A DNA stretch of 64,000 bases from Cyanidioschyzon merolae (Eukaryota): the NCBI GenBank assembly GCA_000091205.1, contig AP006488.2; one strand, 5' to 3'. Each line of letters begins with the position of its first letter. Positions within the stretch are counted from its first letter, which is position 1. The notes beneath the pieces were generated by a model that searched no databases, was not told the DNA's origin, and saw only the letters and a list, made by a program, of their open reading frames with translations. Shown here in pieces: positions 44,762 through 57,602 of this stretch. A program made the translations under genes and the position numbers.

Positions 44762-47700
44762 GGTAAACGGAGATCACCAGACGAATCTTAGGCTGAAGAC
44801 GCCTCGCACTGGGTGCGCACGCGCGCGCTCCTCTGGATGTCTGGATTGTCCAGTCCTTCTTGTTTCTCCCGTGATCTCGGTTTGCGTGGCCCCTGGCCCT
44901 CTGATGTGTCGTGTAGCTCTATTGGTATACTTGTCCAGCTTTTGGGACAATCAAAAGATTCGGTTTCTTTGTCATCTGATCCACACCAGACCTTGAAAGT
45001 TTTATCTGTGACTGTTTTCTTTTGTTATCTTACATTTGGGGTTTCAAATTTGCCGATTTCTCCTGTTACTCCAGCACCATTGTCATCCGTGGAACGATAT
45101 TGGGAGCATTTTGCAAGTACCGATTTCACAGCTTCTTGCCACTTTCTCCGGATTTATTGCATAGACGGAAGTTGCGATCTACGCCTCGCTCACCATTATC
45201 ATATTCGATGTATACAGGCTCGATACGCGGTTGGTAGGCGTGAGATTTGGCTCTGGTCAGCAGCACCCATATATCCAGAACATTGCCTGCTTCAATCGCC
45301 GTCCTGTGGCAGGTGAATGCTTGCTTCCTCGCTCGGTGAAAATCCTCTACGGGCGCAGAGGGCTCTCCTCGATGTGCTCCTCCATTTTCGCGTCCGACGC
45401 CGTATTCTATGATCGCGAGCATCTTTTGGACGCCCCCTCGGTAAGTGCTCTGTCCGCTGCACACGTGATTGCACATTGTTCAACTCGATATTCTAGCATC
45501 CGATTCCGTGCACGCTCCTCGTTTTTCTACGTACCCTTCTTAAAAAGCTGACCCATACAGGCAACGGGCATCGATATAACTTAGCCATATGCGAGAATCT
45601 TGTCCACAATTTCCAACCGCTTGCGGCGATGCGGCGTAGGCTCCAGAGACTCACTTTTGCTTCGCTCGCTAGTTTGCCAGACCGTTCCTTCACTCGTGCC
45701 CGTCCGCTGGGACGATTATGACAGGCGCGGAGTTGAGCTTCACGACCGCACATGAAAGTCGGAGTGATCGAAAGTTACTCCACCAAAGCGTTGGCCGTTT
45801 CCATAGGGATGTCGGCCAGCTATTTGAGTCTCACGGAAGCGCAAATCTAGACGCACGTAGTCCTTCGTTCGAGGCCGATGTAGACCGCATTTTGGTGAAT
45901 CTGTGCGAGACCATGCGTGTGCGAATCTCACCGCTCGTCCGAGTGTTTCGTATTCTGATCCTTCTTGCGTTTCTAGCCCTCATAAGAGTTTGATATCTGT
46001 GGGAACTTCGAGTTGTTGACGAACGATTCCCACTTGCAATTGACTTCGACGGAGCACAGTTCGCCACCTGGCTGTTGCGCAAACCTCTAGTTCGCCCATT
46101 TATTCTCCGCATATGCATCTTTCTTTGTCTTATGTCGCTCCTTGTTTGTCTCCTAGTTCATGCATACCTTCGATTCTTCGGGCAAAAATGCATACTTAGC
46201 TTCATGAACTCGATATCATCGAGCAGTCCTTCCTCTTCTTCGACGCTCTTGTTCTGCATTTGATGCAAATTTCGTACCTCAGCGTGAATGCCAACCCAGA
46301 ACGAATCGAAAAAGACGCGCAGTGAAGCGCTTGTCAGAGCGATCTAGAGGCGCGTTTGCAAAAGTCTATTATACTCTTCCAATGGAAAACTGGAAAAGCA
46401 CTCCAAATGCAGAACCATCATCGCTTTTGTGGGCGGGATATCCCCCGGCAGCAGATCCGTCTTGTCCCTCACATCTTCGTCTTCCATGGACATTCAACGG
46501 AGATGTGTCGCGCTATCTACATCCTCCGCGCCGACGGGCTTCGACGAAGCTCCTGCCATGAGGAGCTCTCTCATGCCGTTGCACCTTGTGATCGAGTCAT
46601 CGCCCGCTGGTCTCTACGTCATAGAATCCTTTGTCCGCCTGTGTCGCTGCGCGCTGAAACACCTCAGGATTGGCATGAGAACTTTCACATCATGGTGCAC
46701 CTTTGCGCCATCGAAGTCGTTTTGATTCACAAATCAAGAGCGGCCTTTGACATCGCAAAGACGCTCAGCAGGGAAACGAAATGCGTGCGGGGTTGGTGAC
46801 GGAAGGAAGCGAATGACGTGCATTCGGTATGTGCTCGGGTAGACTGAGGACAAGAAAAGCCGTCGGTTTCTGTAGCACCTCTAATAAGTCCTCCATTTTG
46901 ACATGGGCTCCGACACACCCGAAGAACAAGGTCATGAGCGTGAAGTACGTACGTTCCGGGAGTATGCTCTGAAGAAGCACTTGTTCTATGACGTTGTCAA
47001 CATGTTTCGGCTACGGCAAATACGTTCCGGGATGTACCTTAACGACCGCTGCGTTGTGGTGTAGCGATGAGCGCGTCTCCTCGTCCGACAGAACACCCAA
47101 GCTATGAGCGTCGGTTAACTGGGTATTACATCCAAGCGTGACGAGTTTTGCTGGGGACGGTATCTACCTCCGTGCCAAACACTCTAGGATTTCTTGAATG
47201 CTCTCACAGAATCATTATCCTAAAATGCCGGGTGCGCTCAGAATGTGCATGCTACTTGATGGATAGAGTGTCTCTACTTACGCTTTACGGATTGTCCATC
47301 TCTGTTTCTCATGCATAATCGTAATTCAGCAATCCACAAACGTTAGGGAATATTGTCAAACAAGCGTCAACGATCCCAAGGGCCGCGGTCGCCGCAACAA
47401 AAGAGTCGAGCACCAGTCCATTTCGAGGAGGATCCAAGCTCTCGAACAAGCATTTGCCTTTCTGAATCTGCGCATAGTAGCCCGAAAACGTTTTCAGTCT
47501 GGTCGAACCATGAAGAATACGTTGGGGCGCATAAGTTGGTCCATCTCCTATTCTTTGCTCTTTTCCAAATGGAAGATGATTTATAGAAAGCAATTTTGTT
47601 TCTGATGATACAAGTACTGGAAGAAAAATCCGTATCGTAGATGTCCAGGAATTTCGAACTCTCGATGCTTTTTTGATGCAAAGCTATGGTGCAGTTTCCA

Positions 47701-48571
47701 TTGGACACGATTTCCGCGATGGCTCAATTCCAAGACACTGTTCCGTGCTAACAGAAAACAAAGAAGGCTCTGGGAGCGTATCCAGTGAGAGGTTTCCTGC
47801 CGCCTTTAAATGCAGTTTTCTCGATGGCTACATACTGAAAAGGATTTGTCATTCGAATGGAGTCGGGTATTTCAAGCGATACCTTCAGAGTACGTTCGGC
47901 ATGAGCCAGTCAAGGAGTCTTTATATATCGACGTCAAATGCTTCCCTTCTTCCACCTCGCGTCACGAACTGCTGCATTCACGAGTTGCTGTTCAATGAAA
48001 AGATCAAAACATGGGTAATACGCAATTTGAGCATGCTACTCGTAAGGAATAGAGAATCATAGACGCCTGTGCGTATGCATTTGATCATCATTTGGGTTAT
48101 TTGACGAACCTTTGTTCAACGGCGCCACGATGCATCTTAAAGGCGGCGACTTGCTGAATTCTAGCGGCGAAGATTCAATGGAGCCGTTCCGAACATATGA
48201 CCAATAATCCCAGAGCTAGGTATGCATCCGTATGCCATAATTGCTGTATCTTGAATGTCTAAGCTGTGCAAATAACAAAAGTTGGGAATAAACGAAATGC
48301 AGGAACAGAGCGAGCGCTTTACGATTCCACAGTCAACTGACACGGGTGTGGAGGCGTGCTCGCGGTTCCGCCATCGCGTCCGTCTGCTGGAACCCGAACC
48401 CTAAATCCATCGGTTTATCGAGCTCCGTCACGATCACTTTTATCATCAGCTCATTTTCCATAACGATTTCCTTGAGACCATATGCTTCGCACCCTTGCAG
48501 TGTTGCAGCAGAACTATGTGGTCTTCCGTTCATTGATGAGAAGACGCCCCGCAGCGGATAACAGATGAAGC

Positions 48572-48584
48572 GCCCCCCCCCCCC
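48572..48584. repeat. Poly-C homopolymer (13 C)
   Basis: gccccccccccccccggtt in a gene-poor interval. Confidence 0.9.
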
Positions 48585-50629
48585 GGTTACGCTACAGCGT
48601 CGATATCTTCAGGTTTCGAGGCTTTAGAGGTACATAACGACCCACTGGCCTCCATAGAGCAGCATGCATTTGGCTGTATTCACAGCATGCCAGCTGGTCA
48701 TCCTCGGCATGGAGCATGCGCAAGCTTTTTGGCAACAGCCGTATCGGCGGGATATATTTCGCGGGGATTTTTCTGCCGGAGCAGAAATTCTTGTGAAATT
48801 TTCACATGATCGTGGCGGCGTCGGGAGCGCACACTGATCGACAGGCGAATAAACGCTGAAGGTACGAAACAAGCGTAGATTCTGCTGCGTCCGTTGCTTC
48901 TGTCGCCAGTGCAGCAGGTAGTGTGCACGAGCAAGCTACCTTTTCGATCGAACCAGATTCATGGCTCGCTCGGGCGCTCGCCAGCATCCAGCTGTAGTCT
49001 TACTTTTCATGGGACAGTAGCTCCGCTCTCTGTTAAGAAACAACTGCTTATATTCCCAGTCGAAGAGGTGTTCGATGACCATGGCTCTTGGGAATTTAGT
49101 CCATTGCACAAGAACCAAGTGAGGATCTTTATTCCGCGCTAGTTTTGTTGAAACGGACTCCTGCGAACAAAAAATGCACAACCATATTGCTACACATCGA
49201 TTACTGACTGAGGCGGATCACAAACTGAGGCTGCTTGCATGAACTTTCAGCGTCGCATGCCGGCGTCAGACTGAAATAGAACACTGAACTGCTCGCTGCG
49301 TTTGTGCCTTTTGTTTTTACAGACATTTTTATACTTACAGCTTCGACATTCGCCTTTTATCAATGATTGCTTGCGTATCCACACGTGGTTTCCAGAGTCT
49401 CGGTCGAGCTCCCCGAGTGGATAATTCGAGTCTCTGCCTCTGTACCTAGCTTCATTATCGTCATCGAAATCATTTGCTAAGCACTTGTAGAGAACTTTGT
49501 GAAAGAAACGAAATCACAAGCCGATTCATACTTGCAAGCGTCCACTCTTCCCTTTCCTTGAGTGAACCATGCTAAAATCACACGCTGCTCTTGGTATAGG
49601 TCTTTCTGTTTCAAAGTAACTCGTCCCGCAGCGATTCGGCCGACCAGATTGAGGAGCAAAGAGTACACGACGCTGGTCTAGAACGACTTTCAAAGGTCGT
49701 GCCGAAAGTTCGTTGATATTTAACGTAATGTGATCGATTCCGTTCGAAAAGCATGCTCTCCCCTCTTCGTGACGATTAACGATACGGGATTCGATACCGT
49801 CGTGGTACATCTCTCGAAATACGTCCTTAGAGGTTTCGGTCCTTTCTGCAAGCATGAATAAGGGTCGAGGGCTTAGAATTCAGTCACGGCGGCGATCGCT
49901 TTTTTCGGGGAGTGCGTCAACGCTCTTCACGACGGAAGCACAAGCGGATAGGAAGTACTTGGCATGGAGACCAGCATCGATATTCCTTCCAATGTTTTGT
50001 TCAGTCACGAACAACGGCGCATGCCACAAATCTGCTACAGAATCGAACAGTGTGGGTTCGCATACGCAACATGCCGAGCGCTTGTACAAAGTAGATTTCC
50101 CAAAAGAAGCCCTCAATCCCAGGTTACAGCTCAGGACGCGGAAATGGTAAAGAGCTTCCAGGGGAGCCTTCTGTACCCATAGCGGGCATGTAGCGAGTGA
50201 CGACGCAAGCTTTCACGTGTCACAGCGCGACCTTTGGAAGAGTAGGCTCGAGGAGGAATCGGATACCTGAGCATAGCCGAGTGTCATCGCTGCGAAGGGT
50301 GCACCGAGGCCGAATAGGAAGAAAATGATTATGGTACACGAGGCGAAGATCGCAACTTCTTCAAGTGCATGAGCTGCAATGACAACAGTCGGTAGCGGTC
50401 TCATCGTGGCGTATGCGCAACAATAGAAATCCTTCGACTGCTGGCAAAGGAGCTGGAGAAACAAAATTAACTGGCTACTGAAAATGGGAAATGAGAAACG
50501 CAAAGGAAGCAGTCGCGGTAAAAGTTCGCAGCCGCTCTTGTTGAAGACACTGGGAAGAAACCAAAACTTTCACGGGGACTCCTGTTTTGGCTAGGAGCAA
50601 CCTTTACATTTTATTCTGACCCGGTTGCA

Positions 50630-52086
50630 GAATATTATGGTCCTCAAATCAATCCTGTCCCACCCTGGCAGCGCTCTATAGCCTGAGATCTGAATCACTA
50701 TGCAATGCACCGTACATATGAATGGCGTATTGCTACTAGGATATCTATTCGTTCCTGAACAGTTCAAAGAGGACCGCATTCCTCCTTTAGGCTAGGTATA
50801 TCACAGTACTCAGATAGCCGACGAAGACGTAAGGGAGGAAGTAAACGCGCCCTGCGAAAAAAGCCGATACTCCCAAACACTCCTTGCCCGTTCATTGCAG
50901 AGAACGACCCGTTGATTAGTTTAAGGAAAGCAAAAGCCACAATAGTAGTCATCGCGGGTGTCTCTGTTCATCACCAGCTTGTTCGTATGGTCCTGGAAAG
51001 ACTTGGATACAGTCGCAAAAAAAAGAGTTCTAATTCGCCCAGGGGCATCTTTCAGGGAAATCGCAACCAAAGCGTAGCTAGGGAGTCACGATCCGCATGA
51101 AGACCAGGTACGTCGGATTTTTTCAGTCGATGAGACTTGCTTTTGATGAAACGGTCGGAAAGTATATGGGTATTCGTGGAGCGGGGAGCCCGTTGTACGT
51201 AAGGTTGAGCTGGTAGAGAACGACGACATTATCACCTGTTCTAGCTGCACTGTATTCATTCGGTCGCCTCAGTTTCAAACATAATTGAGGCTCAAACAAT
51301 AGCAACAACAGATTCGTCGAGTCACTAAACACTTTTCCCTAACGTCTGGCGACATCGCTCTATGGAACGGAGTTGTGTTGCATCGTTCCCCTTGTGTTTG
51401 AGCTTTTTGCCGAATCTATTGGGGTGGAGCTGATTGTCATTCCTCCTTTCTCATCGTAGCTCTACCCGATCGAACGAGTGTTTTAAGCCGCGAGACGTAA
51501 TGATCGCTCTACAGGGTGAATCGCTGAAGCTTTCAGCACGGTGACGAGTCGGGTCACTTGTCAACTTTCTTCCGCAAGTCCCTCTCCTTCCGGGCAGGTC
51601 CTCTTCGAAGGTCATAGAGAAAAGCGTTCACTTGAAGAAACATAAAATTCAAGGTAAAGTTTTTGACTTGAAAGTCGAGGTTCCTGGAGGCGCGTTTTCG
51701 CTGGTTTCGACACAAAACGGAACAAATCCTCTTCTCCCCGACCACCACGCAAAGAAGATCAAGTGAAGAAGAGGAAGAATGGAGGAGATGGGCGGAAAAA
51801 GATGTTTGCCCTTCAGAGCAATGAGGAGACGAGTGATACAGAGGTCATGATTTTTAGCAACTTTGTATTGATGAGTTCACCCAGCGGCTCTGCACGCATG
51901 AGGTTCGTGAATCGAGACTTCAATGCCTCCAGGCAATATCGGACGCCTTGTGGAGCTGAAGACGAGACCCCCAGAGCTGACGTGAGCGAACGTTGTGGCG
52001 ATCTCTGGTGCTCGAAGCGTAGAAGGTGAAGCTGAAGCCGATACCAACTGGCCGATCGAAAAAGTCTAAGAGGCGTCTGCGAGTGG
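50630..52086 (+). repeat. Copy E of the ~1.4-kb repeat family
   Basis: 5' tatagcctgagatctgaatcactatgcaat... . Internal blocks ggaaagcaaaagccacaatagtagtc, tctagctgcactgtattcattcggtcgcctcag, tgaagacgagacccccagagctgacg. 3' terminus ggcgtctgcgagtgg at 52072-52086, then atatgc. Abuts the 3' end of the GH31 gene (convergent). Confidence 0.8.
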
Positions 52087-52363
52087 ATATGCATTTACCC
52101 TGCACGGCCGTAAGGCATTATTTGTTTCAATAACATTTGTATCACGACCAAGGTAACAGAACTTTCGCTCAGTACCGACGAAAATCGATCCTCAAAACGC
52201 AGCCCAAACAACACACCCCTGGTCAAGCTCAAAATCTTGCGGACTGTGGCACAGTCGCCTTTAATCCTGAAAGTTCTTTGGTACCGCGGCGGCAGATGCA
52301 GGGTCGGCAACATCCGTTGCACACGAAGGTGTTGCTCATTCACGAAAAGGTCTTGCATTGCTT

Positions 52364-55300
52364 CTATGACTCTGCTTCTGCCTGATGTCGGCTAACACTA
52401 CTACCTAGAGCAGCAAGTGTGGTTCGAGCGGCATTGGAAGCTATATGGACTGCAAGATCCGGACCGTAGTGATATTCTAACGACCAATCATCCAGCGGAT
52501 CTGCTGGGAATACAAGCTCTTGATCACGTACCACGCGAAACCCAGCCAGCGCCGGATCGGGAAAAATGCCGCTCTGTGCAGGAGGCTTCCTCTCCGAATC
52601 TAAGCCTCCGATACCTGCGAACATGTTCAGTTGAGCAGCCTTATTCGTGAACGAACCACCGGGCGACGTTCCCGTAGACAGCGGTATACCGAGCTGCATC
52701 GGTGAACCAGGCTGGAGCCCAGACAATCTCGCGGCAAACGCCGACGGCACGCTTCCGGTTGTGAGCCCGATGTTGGACGAGCGTGAGGGTATTCGCGGTG
52801 GTAACGAGTCCGAGTAGCCTTCGGATTCGGCAGATGATACCGGCGGTGGTCGACTGAGTCGCCCGCCATCCGAAGCTTGACTCAAAGCGCGCTGCTCTCG
52901 CATGATCGCCTCAGCAAGCACTTCGTTGATCATCTGCAGCTCGCGTCGCTCAGAAAGATACCGCCCTCTGCGAATTTCAGGAGACGTTGATGTCGGAGCA
53001 ACAAACGCTACACTCCGCCGTGGATTCCAAGCGACCACTGGTGCTGGATGGGGCCACAACGGATGATAACCGGTCCGCAGCCACTCGACGCCACATTCGA
53101 ACCCGATTTCATACAAGGCTCGAATTTGCTCTTCGCTCAAATATCCCGCATATTCATAGTCCGTTAGCGTCGAGTCTTCCCTCAGTATATCGTGAATGGA
53201 CTTCATACCTTCGAGGAATGAGTGCAGCTCCCTTGCAAGACAAATTTTGGACCAGCAATCTAAGCGAAATCGCTGCAAAATATCCCTCAGTTTTTCAGAC
53301 CTGCGATCTCGAGCAGAAAGCAGCGCAGCACCGCATATCTCAATGCGGATCCGCGTGTCGAGACCGAGTTTCGGCAACGCACAGGTCCATGTCTCTCGGA
53401 AGGCATCATACGAAGTCTCGTATCCTTCAACAATCTCCCTGTACCCATGGCCGTCATCCACAGAGACGCGAATGTTTGCAGCCTCCCCACGTTGAGCCAG
53501 AGCATTCAGATCCACTACACCAACGAAATGGATCGTGAACTGCCGCATCGGGCTCCAGATGCTCCGCGCGGGATCCTGTCCGGCGTCTGGACCGACCGCG
53601 TCACTCCATATCTGTACGGTGAGTGTCTCACAGGCCGCCTTCCTGGACCCTGGATTCGAGTCGACAACTTGAAAATCTGTGCTAAAGCAGGTTACACGTG
53701 CGCATCGCAAAGGATCATCGCCGCCGCTGCCGTCGTCCTCAATCATCTGGAAGGTGTGTTCGCCTCCCGCTACAACCGTCACATCGAACATTTCGGGATT
53801 TTCCAGTCCAGCATCCGCGTCAAAATTCTGATCATCCATCAGGGCCGCAAAATCGTTCGCTATGCCGCTTCGACATCCCGGGGAGGATGCGAGAGGAACG
53901 ATCGCACCGGATGCTGCGAACACAGGCACATCGTCGACTCCGCCATAGACGCATATCCAGCGATTGCCAGCGTATGCCTCACCGGATGGCAAGTGGCGCC
54001 AAGTTCCCGGTGGTAGCCACAGGACGCGGCGAGCGCACCCCACAGAGGGCAGGATCGGTTCGAGGAAAGGCGCCACCAGCAGCTCATCCCCGAAAAAGTA
54101 CTGCGTACAGCACGCAGTGTACGCGAGCGGATTCTGCGTCGGATACTGGTAATACAATGGACGGCAAAGTGGGGTGCTTTTGAGCGAGGCCTTGACGCAC
54201 TGCGAGTATATATAGGGGATGAGGCGATGGCGGTAACGCAGCGCTGCCGTCGCCGCCACAGCATACGTTTTCTCGTAAGACCACGGCCAGCGTCGTATGA
54301 ATTCTGACTTGTGGCCATGGAGGCGAAGAATCGGTGAATATACGCCCAGCTGGACCCAGCGAACGTAAAGCTCGCCATCCGGCTGAACACCTCCCATAAA
54401 CCCGCCTATATCATGAGACCAGAAGAAGAACCCCACATTCGCTGCTGTTGCAGTGATCACTGGTTGCACCGCTAGTGATTCCCAGGTGCTGTGCGTATCA
54501 CCGGAGAATCCCACCGGGTAACGATGGTTCCCGAGACCTCCGTATCGAGAAAGGATCAGTGCTCGGGGCTCAGCACGCCCAAATTCTCGTGCAGAGTCCA
54601 GGCAGTGCAGATGATTCAGGTATATGAGCGGGTCCAGGCCAGCGACGCCTGACTGCGTTCCTTGCTGCCAATCGATCCACCAAAAATCCACGCCTATTCG
54701 TTCATGTGGATTATGCAGGAACTCAAAGTAGGCCTTCATGAAAGATGGCGAGGCGACGTTCAGGTACAGCGGTGTTCCACTGGAAGCATCGACGCCGAGC
54801 GCAGTGGCCATTGCCGTATACATTGATTCATGAGCATGGACTCCATCAGCGGGGTGAACATTTAACCCGATCCGAACACCCAATTGTTTCAGGGCCCTGA
54901 GTGCCTCGAGCGGGTCTGGGAACAGCTCTGGATTCCAAGTGTAACCGGTCCAACCGGGCAAGTGCCAATCCATATCCAGTATGCACACGGACAGTGGAAT
55001 GTTTCGACCATTTTTCCATTCATTGACCCACTGGATAATCTCCGATTGGGAGTAAGGCCACCAGCGAGACCACCAGTTGCCGAGAGCATATCGCGGCAGG
55101 AGTGGAACTTTTCCTGCGATGCTGGTGAACGTCTGCAGTGCACGGGAGTACTGGTCGCCATACGCAAATACATAGAGATCCACTGATCTCGGATCTCGCG
55201 CTCGCTCACAGATCCAGCCATGAGCATCGAAGATAGGTGATGTCGAGTCGTCAACAATCGCCCAACCTCGTCTCGAAATGATGCCGTTCCCAAGATCGAC

Positions 55301-56212
55301 ATACCTGCCAAAGTGGTACTCCCGTTGGGAGCGCTTATCGTACGCCCACCCGTTTGCCCCATCCAGTGTCCGGCATGTACCGCCACAGTTACCAATGCTG
55401 GGATCGGAGATTCCGAAGACAAACTCAAATGGATTCACCTCACCAACGGGCTGCGTTATCCAACCAGCAAGGTTGAAATCGCTTTGCAGGCCCGCAATCG
55501 GACCAATGTCATTGAGGATGATCCGCAGGGCTCCATTCTCGAAAGCACCATGAGACTTCGCGGGATCGTATAACAGCGTGAAGACTTTGGTTCTGATCAG
55601 GAGCAGGCCATCTTGCCTTCGACGAACGCTCATTTCAAACTCCTGCCCAAGATCGCGCCGCCAAAACCTCATCGTCGGGCGATCCTCGAAGCGATTGTGC
55701 GGCGGATTGAGCGGTACACACTCGCAACGCACTGCATATTCGTTTAAAACTGTAAATCGAGCTTGAAATTCGCTGATCCGATTCGGATCAATCCACTTCC
55801 CACTGACGATCCTCTCTTTCGGAGCCAGGGGCGAGCCCCAGCGCGCGAGGCAGAGTGCGGAGCTCGAAGAAGGCTGCAGCAAGTGCAGCGGCACACTCAA
55901 TAGCCCTGCTGCCTCCGCAGTTTCATTACAGGGGGCAACCGCGAAAGCCGCTGTTCCCGTACTAGCTCTAGCTGGTTCATCGGCGGCAGCGTTTGGGAGC
56001 GAGCTCACAGCGGGCAGTCCCAAGATACCCCGACGCCTACGATGCGATCGTTGAGAGAGCGCACCCAGGGAGCCCGTCAAACCAGCAGGGCTTAAAGGAG
56101 GCGTTGACTGCTGTCTTGGGGTGTCTCCATAACTTCCAATATTGTAGCTGTACCTACAATCCTCTTTAGAGATTTTGGAGTCACCGTTCAAACCCTGTTC
56201 CGAGGAAAACAT
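52364..56212 (-). CDS. Glycoside hydrolase family 31 enzyme (alpha-glucosidase/alpha-xylosidase-type) with N- and C-terminal extensions
   Basis: GH31 core: LGNWWSRWWPYSQSEI, IPLSVCILDMDWH (catalytic nucleophile region), FWWIDWQQG, FSGDTHSTWESLAVQ, FWSHDIGGF, LYVRWVQLGVYSPILRLHGH, PLYYQYP, and ELLVAPFLEP, collinear with YicI/GANAB-type enzymes. Single 1282-aa ORF. Confidence 0.85.
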   Translation of the reverse strand: MFSSEQGLNGDSKISKEDCRYSYNIGSYGDTPRQQSTPPLSPAGLTGSLGALSQRSHRRRRGILGLPAVSSLPNAAADEPARASTGTAAFAVAPCNETAEAAGLLSVPLHLLQPSSSSALCLARWGSPLAPKERIVSGKWIDPNRISEFQARFTVLNEYAVRCECVPLNPPHNRFEDRPTMRFWRRDLGQEFEMSVRRRQDGLLLIRTKVFTLLYDPAKSHGAFENGALRIILNDIGPIAGLQSDFNLAGWITQPVGEVNPFEFVFGISDPSIGNCGGTCRTLDGANGWAYDKRSQREYHFGRYVDLGNGIISRRGWAIVDDSTSPIFDAHGWICERARDPRSVDLYVFAYGDQYSRALQTFTSIAGKVPLLPRYALGNWWSRWWPYSQSEIIQWVNEWKNGRNIPLSVCILDMDWHLPGWTGYTWNPELFPDPLEALRALKQLGVRIGLNVHPADGVHAHESMYTAMATALGVDASSGTPLYLNVASPSFMKAYFEFLHNPHERIGVDFWWIDWQQGTQSGVAGLDPLIYLNHLHCLDSAREFGRAEPRALILSRYGGLGNHRYPVGFSGDTHSTWESLAVQPVITATAANVGFFFWSHDIGGFMGGVQPDGELYVRWVQLGVYSPILRLHGHKSEFIRRWPWSYEKTYAVAATAALRYRHRLIPYIYSQCVKASLKSTPLCRPLYYQYPTQNPLAYTACCTQYFFGDELLVAPFLEPILPSVGCARRVLWLPPGTWRHLPSGEAYAGNRWICVYGGVDDVPVFAASGAIVPLASSPGCRSGIANDFAALMDDQNFDADAGLENPEMFDVTVVAGGEHTFQMIEDDGSGGDDPLRCARVTCFSTDFQVVDSNPGSRKAACETLTVQIWSDAVGPDAGQDPARSIWSPMRQFTIHFVGVVDLNALAQRGEAANIRVSVDDGHGYREIVEGYETSYDAFRETWTCALPKLGLDTRIRIEICGAALLSARDRRSEKLRDILQRFRLDCWSKICLARELHSFLEGMKSIHDILREDSTLTDYEYAGYLSEEQIRALYEIGFECGVEWLRTGYHPLWPHPAPVVAWNPRRSVAFVAPTSTSPEIRRGRYLSERRELQMINEVLAEAIMREQRALSQASDGGRLSRPPPVSSAESEGYSDSLPPRIPSRSSNIGLTTGSVPSAFAARLSGLQPGSPMQLGIPLSTGTSPGGSFTNKAAQLNMFAGIGGLDSERKPPAQSGIFPDPALAGFRVVRDQELVFPADPLDDWSLEYHYGPDLAVHIASNAARTTLAALGSSVSRHQAEAES

Positions 56213-56329
56213 GATGCAACGAAAGTGGCTAAGCGCATTGACGTCGACTGCGAACAGGCGCAGTGGAACATCTTCGATTCCTTAGAGCTGCTCCTCTTTG
56301 CTGGGGCGCTGCGAAGGGGTTACACGACA
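56213..56329. promoter_or_regulatory. Putative bidirectional promoter / shared 5' region between divergent GH31 (minus) and IscA (plus) genes
   Basis: Inferred only from divergent start codons 118 bp apart (12 bp if the ORF-track IscA start 56225 is used). No motif evidence. Confidence 0.3.
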
Positions 56330-56824
56330 ATGCTGCTGCATCTGAGATGCTTGTGGCAAGCAGCATCTCGTGTACCGGAGCAGAAAGTCTCCGCGGCCAG
56401 TTTCAAACGGTTGCTGTCCACAGGAAGTTTTGCTAAAGAGTCTGCTGCATCGGGGACTGAAACCATGCGAGGCGCCGGAGGCTTCTCTCTTTCAGTCACA
56501 GAAGAGTGCGTGAGGCGATTGAGGGAACTTGCCACGCGTGCACCGAAGCACTTGCCTTTTGCGCTGCGGGTTACAGTCAACAGCGGGGGCTGTGCAGGTT
56601 TCCAGTACGAGTTTAAGCTTGAACACAGTGGACCCGCAGCGGAGGACGTTGTTTTCGAGAAAGACGGCGTTCGCGTTTATGTGGACGCGATCAGTGCTCC
56701 GTTGCTTTCTGGCGCAACAATCGACTATGAAGATGAGCTCATACGGTCAGCATTCAAGGTAGAGGGGAATCCTAACGCCGAAGCAAACTGCAGCTGCGGA
56801 ACAAGCTTTGCGCCCCGTTTTTAA
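56330..56824 (+). CDS. Iron-sulfur cluster assembly accessory protein (IscA/HesB/ISA family) with N-terminal targeting-like leader
   Basis: LSVTEECVRRLREL, RVTVNSGGCAGFQYEF, VFEKDGVRVYVD, GATIDYEDELIRSAFKVEGNPNAEANCSCGTSF (conserved C-x(n)-C-G-C-type ligands). Start placed at the internal ATG MLLHL because the first ATG would lie 12 bp from the GH31 ATG. Confidence 0.75.
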   Translation: MLLHLRCLWQAASRVPEQKVSAASFKRLLSTGSFAKESAASGTETMRGAGGFSLSVTEECVRRLRELATRAPKHLPFALRVTVNSGGCAGFQYEFKLEHSGPAAEDVVFEKDGVRVYVDAISAPLLSGATIDYEDELIRSAFKVEGNPNAEANCSCGTSFAPRF

Positions 56825-57602
56825 CGTGTTTCAGGAAAATATCGTTCGAAACAATCGAGTCGCTGAACTTCCATGCGACGTGGCATGAGCCGTCTTCATA
56901 GTCGCTGTACGTATCCCGCGTGTCGGCTATTGAAGTCTTCAGCTCTACATGGATGTTGCGACGCAGCTGCTTTGGCTTATGGCAATGGGGTCCCTTCAAT
57001 CGTCGAAGTTGTCGTCAACCAAATCGCTCTGACCCACAACCAGCTTCTTTCCGATTGCAAATTATGCGCTGAGACAGCATAGAGTCTTAGAAGAACTCTT
57101 GATAAGCATATTCAATTTCGACGAAAGGGCTGAGCGCCTGCGTTGGCCATCAAGCGCTGAGGTCAACAAGGCTGGGTACCATTGAGGCACCTGACAGATT
57201 CACTCGCACGGGCTTTTTGCTATCCTTGCTTTCAAAAGGAAGACTTTTAGAAGGGTCCACACGTTGATCCAGTAGAACTAGGACTCGCATTCGTCTGTTG
57301 GAGGAGAACACCTACAAGCAAGGAAAGCCCTCCAGTCTGCGTAGTTCCCTGTTCTGCTTTGCAGGCCCATTTTGTATGCTGTTGTAAATTTGTCCATAAT
57401 ACCATGGAACCATGCTTGCGCATATACAGAAAGCTAATGAAGCTGGCGCATAGCACCTTTGCTCCACATTAGTACTGTTCAGGGGTCGCAGCATTTGCTA
57501 TGACGTAGCGGCGTCGCTCAAGCGCGTTCGCCTGCAATCGGAGCCACTGCAACGCTGCAGACATCGCTGCAACATGGATAAGGGCGCTCGGCGAAGCTCA
57601 TA

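Noticed and set aside
52987-55428. Multiple 160-190-aa ORFs on both strands (52987..53538, 53447..54016, 53698..54183, 53860..54390, 54889..55428)
   Set aside because: They are all nested in alternative frames or antisense within the 1282-aa GH31 gene.
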